From: Phaeosaccion multiseriatum
Taxonomy: Eukaryota > Protista > Ochrophyta, other classes
Length of the DNA stretch: 64,000 nt
NCBI GenBank assembly: GCA_965112735.1
Contig: OZ218960.1
Span: forward strand, 3,038,001-3,102,000
Direction: 5' to 3'
The notes under the pieces are model-generated. The model was given only the letters and a program-made list of their open reading frames with translations. It ran no database searches and was not told the origin of the DNA. Shown piece by piece: positions 1 through 22,340 of this stretch. Each line of letters opens with the position of its first letter. Position 1 is the first letter of the stretch. The position numbers and the translations under genes were made by a program.

Positions 1-717
1 CAGGGCATCGGCCCTGTCCTCGAGCCCCGCGTGATTCACAGAGGGCCCTGGTACGTCGCCGCCAAGGATCAGAGCACCAACACGCTTGTTGTGACCAATG
101 ACTACGCTGCTGTGGACGCTCCCCGAGAGGCCTTCTTCCTGCAGGGCGTGAGGTGGATCGGTGAGCACGGCCTTAAGCAGCAGCAGGAGGAGGAGGGGCA
201 ACAGTTGGTAGTACAGCAGGAGGGGGAGAGTGGTAGCAGCAGCAGCAGCAGTAGCAGCGCATTGGCTATGATCGGCGATGGGGGGGATGGCAGTGGATGG
301 AACGGTATGATCTTCGACGTCAAAACCCGCCACGGCCCCTCTATCCAGCGTTGCTCCTTGCTTATGACAGGGCCGGCCCGGGGCCTGGTGCGCCTTCTCG
401 AGCGGAAAGACTCAGGTCTGGCAGCCGGGCAGTACGCAGCGCTGTACGAGGTGTCGGGACAAGGTGAGAAGTCAATGAAGTCCATGAAGTCAACGATGCG
501 TTGCGTGGGCAGCGGGGTGATTGAGGTGCTTCCGCTGGGGCTGAGCGTTGAGGAGGCGCTAAGGGAGGCCAAGACACAGGCTCAGCAGGCACAGCAGTTG
601 GTGATACAGCCACAGGAGGAAGCACAGGTTCCGGAGGCACAGCAGTTGGTCATACAGCAGGAGGAACCACATGTTCAGGGGCAAGCAGAGCTCTCGTCAG
701 TCGATGGCAGCCGATGA
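1..717 (+). CDS. mnmA: tRNA-specific 2-thiouridylase MnmA/TRMU, C-terminal part (5'-truncated by the window)
   Basis: Frame is open from base 1: QGIG..GPWYVAAKD..N.LVV, VKTRH, LAAGQYAALY, CVGSGVI. These match MnmA C-terminal motifs (PWYV.xKD, R(Y/H), A.GQ..V.Y, C.G.G.I). Low-complexity Q/E/S insertions are present. Stop at 715-717. Confidence 0.85.
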   Translation, partial: QGIGPVLEPRVIHRGPWYVAAKDQSTNTLVVTNDYAAVDAPREAFFLQGVRWIGEHGLKQQQEEEGQQLVVQQEGESGSSSSSSSSALAMIGDGGDGSGWNGMIFDVKTRHGPSIQRCSLLMTGPARGLVRLLERKDSGLAAGQYAALYEVSGQGEKSMKSMKSTMRCVGSGVIEVLPLGLSVEEALREAKTQAQQAQQLVIQPQEEAQVPEAQQLVIQQEEPHVQGQAELSSVDGSR

Positions 718-790
718 TACTTTCCGCTTCATCACATGGAGCAGCGCGGGAGAGTCCCCAGCAGTTGGTGCTGCAACAGTACAACAACAA

Positions 791-826
<36 letters not shown>

Positions 827-1940
827 GAGGAGGAGGAAGACTGTAGCCTCTCTCAGTGTCTCTCTCTCGGAGTTTTGCCGTGTGCAGTTACACACTTCTA
901 TTTCTTGTGCGCCTCTACAAGTAGTCTCTCCGAGTCGAACGTTAACGTCCATCGACAGAAGCGGCCAGGAGCGGCCAGTTTGAGTGTCAGTGTCAATTTC
1001 GGTGGAAATGATGCACTGATGGAATGTGTCGTATCAATATGATAAATATGTGTGGGTGCGTGCGATACGTTACGCACGTGCACGTCCGACGCGTCACGAT
1101 GCGATGCCCACGTCCACCATGAGCGCAAACTGTCAGCAAGTTTCAGTTTCAGCTCATCCAACCCCTCGCCCCTGCCGCTGCCGCTACCGCTGCCGCTGCT
1201 GGGCTGCCGCTGCCGCTATCGCTGCCGCTGCTGGGCTGCCGCATTGCTTGGGTGTGGGGAGGGCTTGATACTGACCAAATGCTCCTACTACTAGCCTACT
1301 AGCTAAGGTATTGCGACCTTGATGACTAAATGGTCCAACTAGTAAGGTAGTAAGCTAAGGCTTCTAGTCTGCTAGGACCGGCCATTCCTCAGCCCCATCC
1401 AAGTTCTGTCGGGCGCATTCTCCGGTCTTCCACATCGTTCGAGTATCGTGTTCCTTTTTGTTCTGCGAACGGAAAACGAAAGTACACGCTCAACGCCCAA
1501 TACCCAGTGCTGCTGTTGGTAGTAGGGTGGTGTCGAGCTGTCGCCAATTGGGACAAGCCATGCCCTCTCCTCTTAATGTCTTCTCTTCTCGAGCTGTGTG
1601 GTGTGGCAGTAGAGACGGGAGCAAGCTTCAACAGCGCTGTTGAGGCGATAATATAGAGGCATCTCTCTCTCTCTCTCTCTCTCTCACTTTCTCTCGTACA
1701 GTACATACATCGCATGGCAGTGTGCGTGTGATGGACTGCCATCGACTGCCATCGACACATGTGCATCGGCAGGCATCGGCACCGGCACTGGCATTGCACT
1801 CACGATAAACCGTGATGCACGATAAAATCGTGATACATGGTACCACCCCATGCAGCCACGAAACGGCATGCCGCCAAGCTGCATGATCGTATGAGGGCTG
1901 ACAATGGAGTTGACAGTGGATGGAAGGATGAAGGGATCAC

Positions 1941-12566
<10,626 letters not shown>

Positions 12567-13423
12567 GCGATTCTCCTGACTGCCTCCACCTCCACCACTC
12601 CTCCTATCCCTGGGGCGGCTCGGCCTCTCTTCCTTCCTTGGGGCCCGCACGCAGGCTTGTCGTCGTGATAGCAGCCGAAGGAAGATTGTTGCTCGCAGGA
12701 GCAGGAGAGCCGTCTTTGCCCTTGTCACCGCCTACCGGCTCGTCAATGTTCCCTCCCTTCCTCTTTTTTCTCACTCGACGCTGTACAGAAAAGGGGAGGG
12801 ATCTGTGAGGCAAAACTCTCCCTTATCACGCCTCTCCTTCTTCTGCTGCTACGGAGAGTACTCAAGTCGCTGCTCAGCTTACTGATACTCTCACTACCTA
12901 GCGACTTGAGGGTAAAATGCCGAGACTAATCCCCCACCTCTTTGCCTCCACCTGTCGCTCCCCTCTCACTTGGCCTTCTCCCTCTCCTCTTGTCTTCGCT
13001 CTCTGTCTCCTGGCGTTCGTCGCTGGCTACGCATTCTTTGCATTCTTGCTGCCTCTGCTTCGCCATCCCTCATGATATTGCGCAGCCGTCCCCCGATAGC
13101 TGTGTGTCCTGCTGCCAGAGGTGCTGGCTCTTCTTCTTCAGGTGTCCGTTCGTAGTCGCCTTCTTGTCTCGGTGCGGCTCTTGGTGCGCGTGCTCTCTTC
13201 CATTGGGTGGTGGGAGGTCTCTCCACCGTTTCATTCTTCTTTCACGCTGCTGCCTGCCACTTCTACCCAGCTGCTGGGCCTCATGATATATGCTCATCCC
13301 CTTGCCTCTCCCACAGATTTGTCCGAAGGCGTCGAGTAACCGTAAAGTAAAGGAAAGGAGCGGGGCCTATCGGGGCGTAGGACGAGGCCGGATGGCGGAG
13401 CTGTGAGGCAGCCTGGGACGGCC

Positions 13424-14526
13424 ATGCAGAAGACGATGTCAAGCGCCTCCTTTGCCGCTGGTGGGGGTGCCACCACCGGTGGGAAGAAAAGGGTGGGGGC
13501 TGCAGAGGCGAAAACAGGAGAGAGGGTACCCGCCTTAGGAGCAGCGGGACGAGGAGCAGGAGGAGGAGGAGGAGGAGGGGGGGGGGGGGGAGGAGGAGGA
13601 GGAGAAGGAGGCGAGAAGAAGAAGGAAGCGACCCAGGCAGGGTCTTCCCTGGGAGCAGCCCGCGCGTTGAGGAAGAAGAGAGCCCAGCAGAGCCGGATAC
13701 GACAGCTCTGTTGGCCCGTCCAGCGAGAACATCACGTCAAGCAGTTAGATAAGCAGTGGCTCAAAGGCCTGGTGGATCTTGTGTATAGCTCGGAGTTCAA
13801 CGACACCAGGAGAGATGGGGCGTCAGCCTTCGCCACCCTCAGCATGTCAGGTACGTTTCAAAATGTGCAGCAAGCAGCTGCTGCCAGAGGGCGGAGGAGG
13901 ATTTCATCTCGCTCGCTGTGCGGGTTTGCTTGAGCGGCGTCTATCTGCTGGTGCAGAGCAAGTTGAGCGAGGAGAAACACACGTGAAGCACGGCGTGGTA
14001 GGCTTGTTTGAGGGAGAAAAGAGGCCCTGCGAGAGAAGCACCAAATACACGTCGAAGCGCAACGCAAAGCTTGACGCGAGTGATTTGGAGTGTACTGTGA
14101 CATCGGCGCCGAGCAGTACAGGCTCTCTACCTCCCCCGACCAATCATCCCGGGCCAGTAGGATACCCATACCGTTTGCCGTGGTGTGCACGCTGTCCAAC
14201 AAAGTCGCGCAATGTCTATTGTATCACCATCCCCTCTCCCCTCCCTCCCTCCCTCCCTCCCCCCCACCCTCCCTCCCTTCGTCCCTTCCTTCCTTAACCC
14301 TTCCCTCCCTCCCTCCCTCCCCACCCCCCCCATCCAGCGAGTAACCTCGAGGTGCTAGACAAGGCAGGCGTATTGGGTGCGGTCATCGCCCTAATCGCCC
14401 ACAGCGATGTGCGCATTGACTCGCCCCCCAACCCTGCTCAGCAGACCACCGTCGAGTGCGTGACCGCAGCCACAGCCTGTCTGTGCAACTTGCTGCACAA
14501 CGACGAGGTCAAAGGCCGCTTCCTCA

Positions 14527-14562
<36 letters not shown>

Positions 14563-16586
14563 GTGTATGTGTGTGTGTATGTGTGTGTGTGTGTGCGTGT
14601 GCGTGTGTGTGTGTGTGTGTGCGTGCGTGTGTGCATGTGTGTGAGTGAGTGCGTGTGTGAGTGCGTGTGTGCGTGCGTGTGTGAGTGTGTGTGTGCATGT
14701 GTGCGTGCGTGTGTGGCCACTATGTGTTTTTGTGGTGCAGTATGTGTGTCTTTGTGTTGGTACTAACACCCGTACGGCGTCTCTCCCGTTTTGATACCTC
14801 CTTCCCTCCTTCCCTCCTTCCCTCCTTCCCTTCCTCCCTCCCCCCCTCCCTCCTTCCCTTCCTCCCTCCCTTCCTCCCTTCCTCCCTCCCTCCCTTCCTT
14901 CCTTCCTTCCTTCCTTCCTTCCTTCCTTCCTTCCTTCCTTCCTTCCTTCCTCCCCCCCCATGGCATGTATCTCACCCTTTCCTTCCTTACTGACTTACTG
15001 ACAGGCCCCAGGTGGCTTGCAGTCTGTTTTCCGCCTGACAGGCAGCAACAGCACCCACCTCAAGGCCTGCGGAGTGAAGGTCGTTGCCTGTCTGTGCTCA
15101 GACCGGGCTGTGATGGTGCAAGTGGTAAAGGAGGGAGGCACACGCTTCCTCTTCGCGCAGCTTTCGGTGAGTGTGGGAGCGCATAGAGGGGGAAGGAAGG
15201 AAGGAAGGGAAATGAGGGAGGGAGGGAGGGAGGGAGGGAGGGAGGGAGGGAGGGAGGGAGGGAGGGAGGGAGGGAGGGAGGGAGGGAGGGAGGGAGGGAG
15301 GGAGGGAGGGAGGGAGGGAGGGAGGGAGGGAGGGAGGGAGGGAGGGAGGGAGGGAGGGAGGGAGGGACGGAGGGAGGAAGGGAGGGAGGGGGGGAGGGAG
15401 GGAGGGGGGGAGGGAGGGAGGGAGGAAGGCAGGGAGGGAGGCAGGGAGGGAGGCAGGGAGGGAGGAAGGAAGGAGGGAGGGAGGGAGGGAGGAAGGAAAG
15501 TGGGTCACAAAGTGCATCACATCCTTCGCTAAGCACCCCTCTGACGCAATGACCCTCCCTCCGTCCCCCTCTCCGTCTACCACTACCTAGTGTCGGGATG
15601 AATCTCTTCAGCACCAGGCCCTGGCAGTCCTGCAGCGCATTGCTCGCAGCCCTTCTGTAACGTCCGCGATGCTCATGGACAGTGAAGTGGTGCGGTACAT
15701 GCTAGGCTTGCTCAAGGGGGCGCACTCGGCAGAGGAGGAGGACCTTTGTCTGGACTACATAGGTCAGGGGAGGGAAGGGGAGGGGATGGAGAGAGGGGGG
15801 AGAGAGGGGGGAGAGAGGGGGGAGGGAAGGGATGGAAGGGAATAAGAATTACTCACGGACTTACTCTGACTTACTGACTTACTTGCATGCTCACTCACTG
15901 ACTTACTTGGACGAGCAGGTAAGATCTGCGGTGACGTGGGAAGCTGCGGGCGGCTTGTTGAGCTCGGTGTCGCCGAGTACATCATCAAAGTGCTGCCGCA
16001 GGTCAGTGAAGGTGTCAGGACAGAGGGTGGCGGATATCAGGACTATGAGTGAGTGTCAGGACAGGGAGGGAGGGAGTGAGTATCGGGACAGTGAGTGAGT
16101 GGGTGAGGCCTACAGGTGAGTTGAGGTGAGGCTTAGCGGTTGATCGCTTCCTTCCGAGGGCTCCGACGATATCAACACCCCTCTCTGAAGGCCTCTGAAG
16201 GCCTCTGAAGGCATCTCTGCGGAAGAGGGATTAGCGCCGCGGCTCTCTAATCGCTGATCCCTGTCATACCTCCTCCCTTATCCATATGCCTGCCTGTCTG
16301 CCTACCTGTCTGCCTGCCTACCTGTCTGCCTGCCTGTCTGTCTGCCTGCCTGCCTGCCTGCCTGCCTGCCGGCCTGCCCATATACCTGCCTACCTGCTTG
16401 ACCCTTTGCCTGACCATACGCCTCTACCTACTTACCCACCTGCTCAGGCGCGTGTGAATCTGCTTCACCGCCTGTCCATGCTCAAGGCGCTGGAGAAGAT
16501 GGCCGGGCTCGGCAGGGGCACGGAGAGCATGTTGCTGAACGGGGGCATGTTAGACAGGCACGTTACGTTAGGCTTACGTAAGGCTT

Positions 16587-16623
<37 letters not shown>

Positions 16624-17695
16624 ACATGCAGAGAGAGAGAGGCACACACGCATACACAGAGATGATGAGAGAGTCAGAGACACACACGCGCATACACACA
16701 CAGAGCGAGAGAGAGTGAGAAAGAGACACCACACTAACACACTAACACTATCGGGAGGGGCTACTTACTGCTTTGCCCATCCACCCAGGACTAACGGTAT
16801 GGACGTCCTAACGCATTTGCCCGCTGACTTCCTTTCCTCACGTATGTACTTACGTATGTACTTACGTATGCACAGCCTGGTGCACGTGACGTTCAATGAG
16901 ATGGGAGGCTTCCTACGAGAGTGTCAGGACTTTCTGGACTCGGCTCTCGCCTCCAACAGGGCTGCCAAAGAAGAGGCGGCGGGGGGGGGAGGGGGGGAAG
17001 GAGGAGGAGGAGGAGGAGGAGGAGGAGGAGGAGGAGGAGGAGGAGGAGGAGGAGGAGGAGGAGGAGGAGGAGGAGGAGGAGGAGGAGGAGGAGGAGGAGG
17101 AGGAGGAGGAGGAGGAGGAGGAGGAGGAGGAGGAGGAGGAGGAGGAGGAGGAGGAGGAGGAGGAGGAGGAGGAGGAGGAGGAGGAGGAGGAGGAGGAGGA
17201 GGAGGAGGAGGAGGAGGAGGAGGAGGAGGAGGAGGAGGAGGAGGAGAAGGAGGGGGGGGAGGAGGTAAGGGCAAGGGCAGTGAGAAGAAGGGCAAGAAGA
17301 AAGCGGGGGAGGGGAGTGACGACTCCGAAGAGGCGCCAATTGAGCACGCGCAAGACAAACAAGAAGACCAGAAACAACAACGAGAAGGCCAGGACCAAGT
17401 AGATCAGATCGAAGACAAAGAACAGGAGCACCAACAAGAACAACAACCACAAATGCAACGGCAACGCAAAGAGGAAGAAGGGAAAAAAGATGAGCAAGCA
17501 GATGAAGAACAACAACAAGAAGAAGAACACGAACACGAACAAGAGGAAGAATCTGTGAGCTCTGTGGACAGGAAGAAGGCGGCGGCACGGGAGGAGAGGG
17601 GCGCGTGGCGAACACTGCTCAAGAGGCCGGGCAACGTGTACACAGGTTGGTACTTCGGATCACGGACTGGCTTACCCATTTGACTAACTGACTGA

Positions 17696-17757
<62 letters not shown>

Positions 17758-20530
17758 ACCTGCCTGCCTGTCTGCTCTTACAACCCGCACCATCTACTGC
17801 CATCCTTCCCTTCCCCACAGAGGAGAAGTTTGCAGCTGCCCTGGGCATCGCACGGACATCTGTGTCCCTCTTCGCTCTCTTTGCGCAGGGGGGGCATGTG
17901 GACCGCATACTGCAGGTACATGGCCCTGCACCAGACCAGGGGGGGACGCGTGCGTACGTGCGTGCGTGCGTGCTTGCGTGCGTGCGTGCGTGCGGGTTGC
18001 GTAAGGTTACGTGAGGTTTGGTATGGTTTGGTATGGGTTGGGGTTGGGTTAGGGTTAGAGTTGGGGACACATCTACTGCTACTGTTAGTGAGCACCGCTT
18101 CTTTCGATATCGGTTGACTTGATTCGATATCTATTGACGGACTTGTTTCGACGTCCATGTATCATAGATACATCACCTCGATTGACGTGTTCATATGTTG
18201 CTTGGTCGAGGCCTGTCGTAGTGTCTGCGTTTCTCGCCCCCATTGTCCCCCTCACCCCTTCGCTTCTTCGACCTTTGCCCCCCATCTACCACTGGCCCCT
18301 GTCGTCCCCCGCTCCCCCCCCCCCCCCCACTCCTGTCCCCTCCTCTGCGCCCCCCTCTGCCCCCCCCTCCTCCCTCTCCTCCTGCCGCTCCTTTTGTATC
18401 ACCAACGGCTGGACTACAGGCCGGAGTGCTGGCCTACTTCACCACCGTCCCCATCGGCCGCGGAGATGACCCCGTCATCCTCAGGGGCATGAGTCAGCTC
18501 GTCAAGCGTAAGTCACGTATTGCACCCTTGCTGACTTTCTGCACCCTTGCTGACTTCCTGCACCCTTGCTGACTTACTGCACCCTTGTTGACTTTCTGCA
18601 CCCTTGGTGACATACTGCACCCTTAGTCTTCTTTGTTACCACACCCATCATCAACAACTACTACTGTCCTTCCTCCCTCCCCCACTCACTTATTCGCCAT
18701 CCACCCACCCGACGATACATGGCAACTGCCATATCACCAACTGCCGTACCACCAATTGCCGTACCACCATACCACCAACTGCCGTACCGACACCGTACCA
18801 CCAACATGTGCAGTGCTCGCGGAGCAGTGCGACACAGACACCTCTCGCAGGCAAAGCCTCGTGGCGCAAGGCCCAGTGGCGCTCGTGCACAAGTGTCTTC
18901 TCTCCGACGACATGACGCAGCAGGCCAACGCTCTCCAGGTCAGGCAGGGAGAGTGGGGACGGTAGTGCATTGCAGGGGATGGTTGTGGATGGCAGGGGAT
19001 GGCAGGTGATGGCAGGGGATGGCAGGTGATGGCAGGGGATGGCAGGGGATGGCAGGGGATGGCAGGGGATGGCAGGGGATGAGGGGCGGGGCTACGGGGG
19101 CATGGAGGGGTGAGTGGGTGAGTGGGTGAGTGGATGAGTGGATGAGTGGGTGCTTGAATGGGTGGGTGAGTGGGTGAGTGGATGAGTGGATGAGTGACTG
19201 AGTGAGTGAGTGAGTGAGTGAGTGCGTGAGTGAGTGAGTGAGTGGGTGAGTGAGTGAGGGAGTGAGTGAGTGAGTGAGTGAGTGAGGGAGGGAGGGAGGG
19301 AGGGAGGGAGTGAGTGAGTGAGTGAGTGAGTGAGTGCGTGAGTGAGTGAGGGAGTGAACGAGTGAGTGAGTGAGTGAGCGAGGGAGCGAGTGAGTGAGTG
19401 AGTGAGTGAGTGAGTGAGTGAGTGAGTGAGAGAGTGAGTGAGTGAGTGAGTGAGTGCGTGAGTGAGTGAGTGAGTGAGTGAGTGAGCGAGTGAGTGAGTG
19501 AGTGAGTGAGTGAGGGAGGGAGGGAGTGAGTGAGTGAGTGAGTGAGTGAGTGCGTGAGTGAGTGAGGGAGTGAGTGAGTGAGTGAGTGAGTGAGCGAGCG
19601 AGGGAGTGAGTAAGTGAGTGAGTGAGTGAGTGAGTGAGTGGGTGAGTGAGTGAGTGAGAGAGTGAGTGAGTGAGAGAGTGAGTGAGTCCGTAAGGGAGGG
19701 AGGGAGTTAGTGAGTGAGTGAGTGAGTGAGTGACTGAGTGAGTGAGTGAATGAGTGAGTGATTCAGTGAGTGAGTGAGTGAGTGAGTGAGTGAGAGAGTG
19801 AGTGAGAGAGTGAGTGAGTGAGTGAGTGAGTGAGTGAGTGAGTGAGTGAGTGAGTGAGTGAGTGAGTGAGTGAGTGAGTGAGTGAGTGAGTGAGTGAGTG
19901 AGTGAGTGAGTGAGTGAGTGGGTAAGTGTGTTAGTGAGCGAGTGAGTGAGTGAGTGAGTGAGTGAGTGAGTGAGTGAGTGAGGGAGTGAGTGAGTGTGTG
20001 AGTGAGTCAGGGAGTGAGTGAGTGAGCTAGTGAGTGAGTCCTCCTCCACCTGTCACAACGCTCCAAGAACATGCGCGTCATCAACAACGACCACGAACGA
20101 CATCCTCTTCCTCTCCCCCCCCCACCGACCCACCCTACCTTACTCTACCTACCTACCCCTCCGACTACCCTACCATCCACTACCATCCGCTGCCCCTGTA
20201 GGCCCTGGCTCTGCTGTGTAAGTATGATGCCCTTAGGCCCATCATCCTCACGCCAGCTGTGATGAACGAAGTACTAATCCTCGGGGGTGTGCAGGAGAAC
20301 GAGACCGCACAATGCGTGGCCACAGTCCTTCTGCAGGTGGGAGCAGACACAAACACACCCCACACACTCTTACTCTCAGTGACTTATGACATGGCCCTCA
20401 GGCGACTTGCTGCTGACTGACTGAATGAGTGACTGAATGAGTGACTGAGTGATTGATTGACTGACTGACTGAAATGCTGACTTGCTTCCTTCCCTCCTTC
20501 CTTCCCTCCTTCCTTCCTCCCTTCCTTCCT

Positions 20531-20621
<91 letters not shown>

Positions 20622-22044
20622 GTCTTTCTTTCTTTGTTTCTTCCTTCCTTCCTTCCTTCCTTCCTTCCTTCCTTCCTTCCTTCCTTCCTTCCTTCCTTCC
20701 TTCCTTCCTCCCTCCCTCCCTTCCTCCCTCCCTCCCTCCCTCCCTCCCTCCCCCCCAGGCCTGCCTGGTGGACGAGTGGCGGGAGGAGCTTGCTCTCCGC
20801 ATGGGAGGCCTGCAGCTGCTTGTCAACACACTTGGCCGCCTCGTCGCCCAGGCGGCACAGGCCTCCTCCAAGGGCAGCAACGGGAAGGGGGAGAAGGCCG
20901 GCCCTTCCAACAGGCAGGAGGAAATCGTTGTGGCCGTGCTGCTCGTCATGGTGCAGGTACGATAGTGAGGGGATGGCAGGGGATGGCAAGGGATGGCAGG
21001 GGATGGCAGGGGATGGCAGAGCAATAGACAAGCCAAGTCTTCCACCATTCTGAAGCCCTCCTAACGGAGCCTTGGATTAGCGGAGCCTTGGATTAATGGA
21101 GCTTACTTGCGGCCGGTGAAAGCAGCGGGCATACACTGCTCAACTCCGAACGCTCTGTGTCTAGTCTGACTAGTCTGACTAGTCTGTCTAGTCCGTCTAG
21201 TCTGACTAGTCTGACTAGGCCTCTCTCGTCTCTCTTCGCTCTCTCGCTTTGCCTCTCTCCCCCTCTCTATGCCACCTCACTCACTCCCTCCCCCTGTCTC
21301 TCTCCCTCTGCCTCCATCCCTGCCTCCCTCTCTCCCTCTCTCCCTCTGCCTCCATCCCTCCTTCTCTCCTCTTGCTCAGATGACTGAAGTGAGCGGCTCA
21401 AAGTCAGTGGTGGTGAGCCTTGGTGGCGTGCCGATGCTTACCAAGTGCCTCAGATGGCAGACGATGGCAGGAGGAGCCCCCGGGGGAGCCCCCCCCTCCT
21501 CCAGCAGCACCTCACAAGGTCAGAGTCTCAATCAGAGCAGCCAACGATACCCCTCATTGCATCTGAAAAGCTCCCCTGATATTCCGTTACGGCTCCCCTC
21601 CCTTGTACTCTGAGGGCTGCCTTCAATGACTTACTCCGTTCCTGTTCCTCCCCTCTCGTGACTGATTGACTGACAGGAGGAGGCGGTGGCGTGGACTCGG
21701 GACCCTCTGTCCCGGGGGGGTCAGCCGCCACTCCACCCCAGGGTACGATGGGCACCATCCATAGCAGAGGTAGTAGCAGAGGTAGTGGCAGTAGCAGTAG
21801 TAGTAGTAGTAGTAGTCGCAACGCTTCAGGGGGCAGGACCACACAGCAGCAGCAGCAGCAGGAGCAGCAGCAGCAGCAGCAGCAGCAGAGCGTAGGTGGT
21901 GAAGAGGTGGAAGGAGAGGGAGGGGATGGAAGCAGCAGCGGTGGCAGCAGCAGCAGCAACCCCGGCTTGGAAATCCGCCAGCTGGCATCGTCTGTCCTCG
22001 CTAATCTGGGCCTGGCCAGCGCCATCACCGCCTTGGATGAGTAG
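13424..22044 (+). CDS. Armadillo-repeat-like alpha-helical protein, 14 exons
   Basis: Exons: 13424-13850, 14338-14528, 15005-15166, 15591-15762, 15919-16001, 16448-16557, 16876-17645, 17821-17915, 18420-18507, 18814-18938, 20202-20336, 20759-20956, 21380-21518, 21677-22044, all in phase. ARM-like segments: LDKAGVLGAVIALI..ATACLCNL, VVKEGG, LVELGVAEYIIKVL, MGGLQLLV, LGGVPMLTKCL, ASSVLANL. Confidence 0.72.
19110..20040. repeat. (GAGT)n array of ~0.9 kb in an intron of the ARM-like gene
   Basis: Directly visible. Confidence 0.95.
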
Positions 22045-22340
22045 TGACTAGGAGCACATACTTCAAGGTTGTACTACGAAGTACAAAGTACATCCAACAC
22101 AAAGACCCAAACCAATGAATCACCACCATGCGACACCACACGAAAGTCGAAGACACTTTGCCACCCTCCTTCTGGTGCTCGTACTTGCGTGCGTGCGAGC
22201 GTGTGCGGACAAGCGAGTTCATTCAGTTCATAATTTGAGTTTCATTCATCGTAGGGTGCAAGTACGCAGGTAGGGAGGCAGGGAGGTAGGGAGGGAGGGG
22301 AGTGAGCGTGATTGGGGTCCCTCCCCCCCCTGCCTCCCTC

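Noticed and set aside
718-1940. Short ORFs between mnmA and the TMC 3' end
   Set aside because: Low-complexity with no recognisable motifs; probably convergent 3' UTRs.
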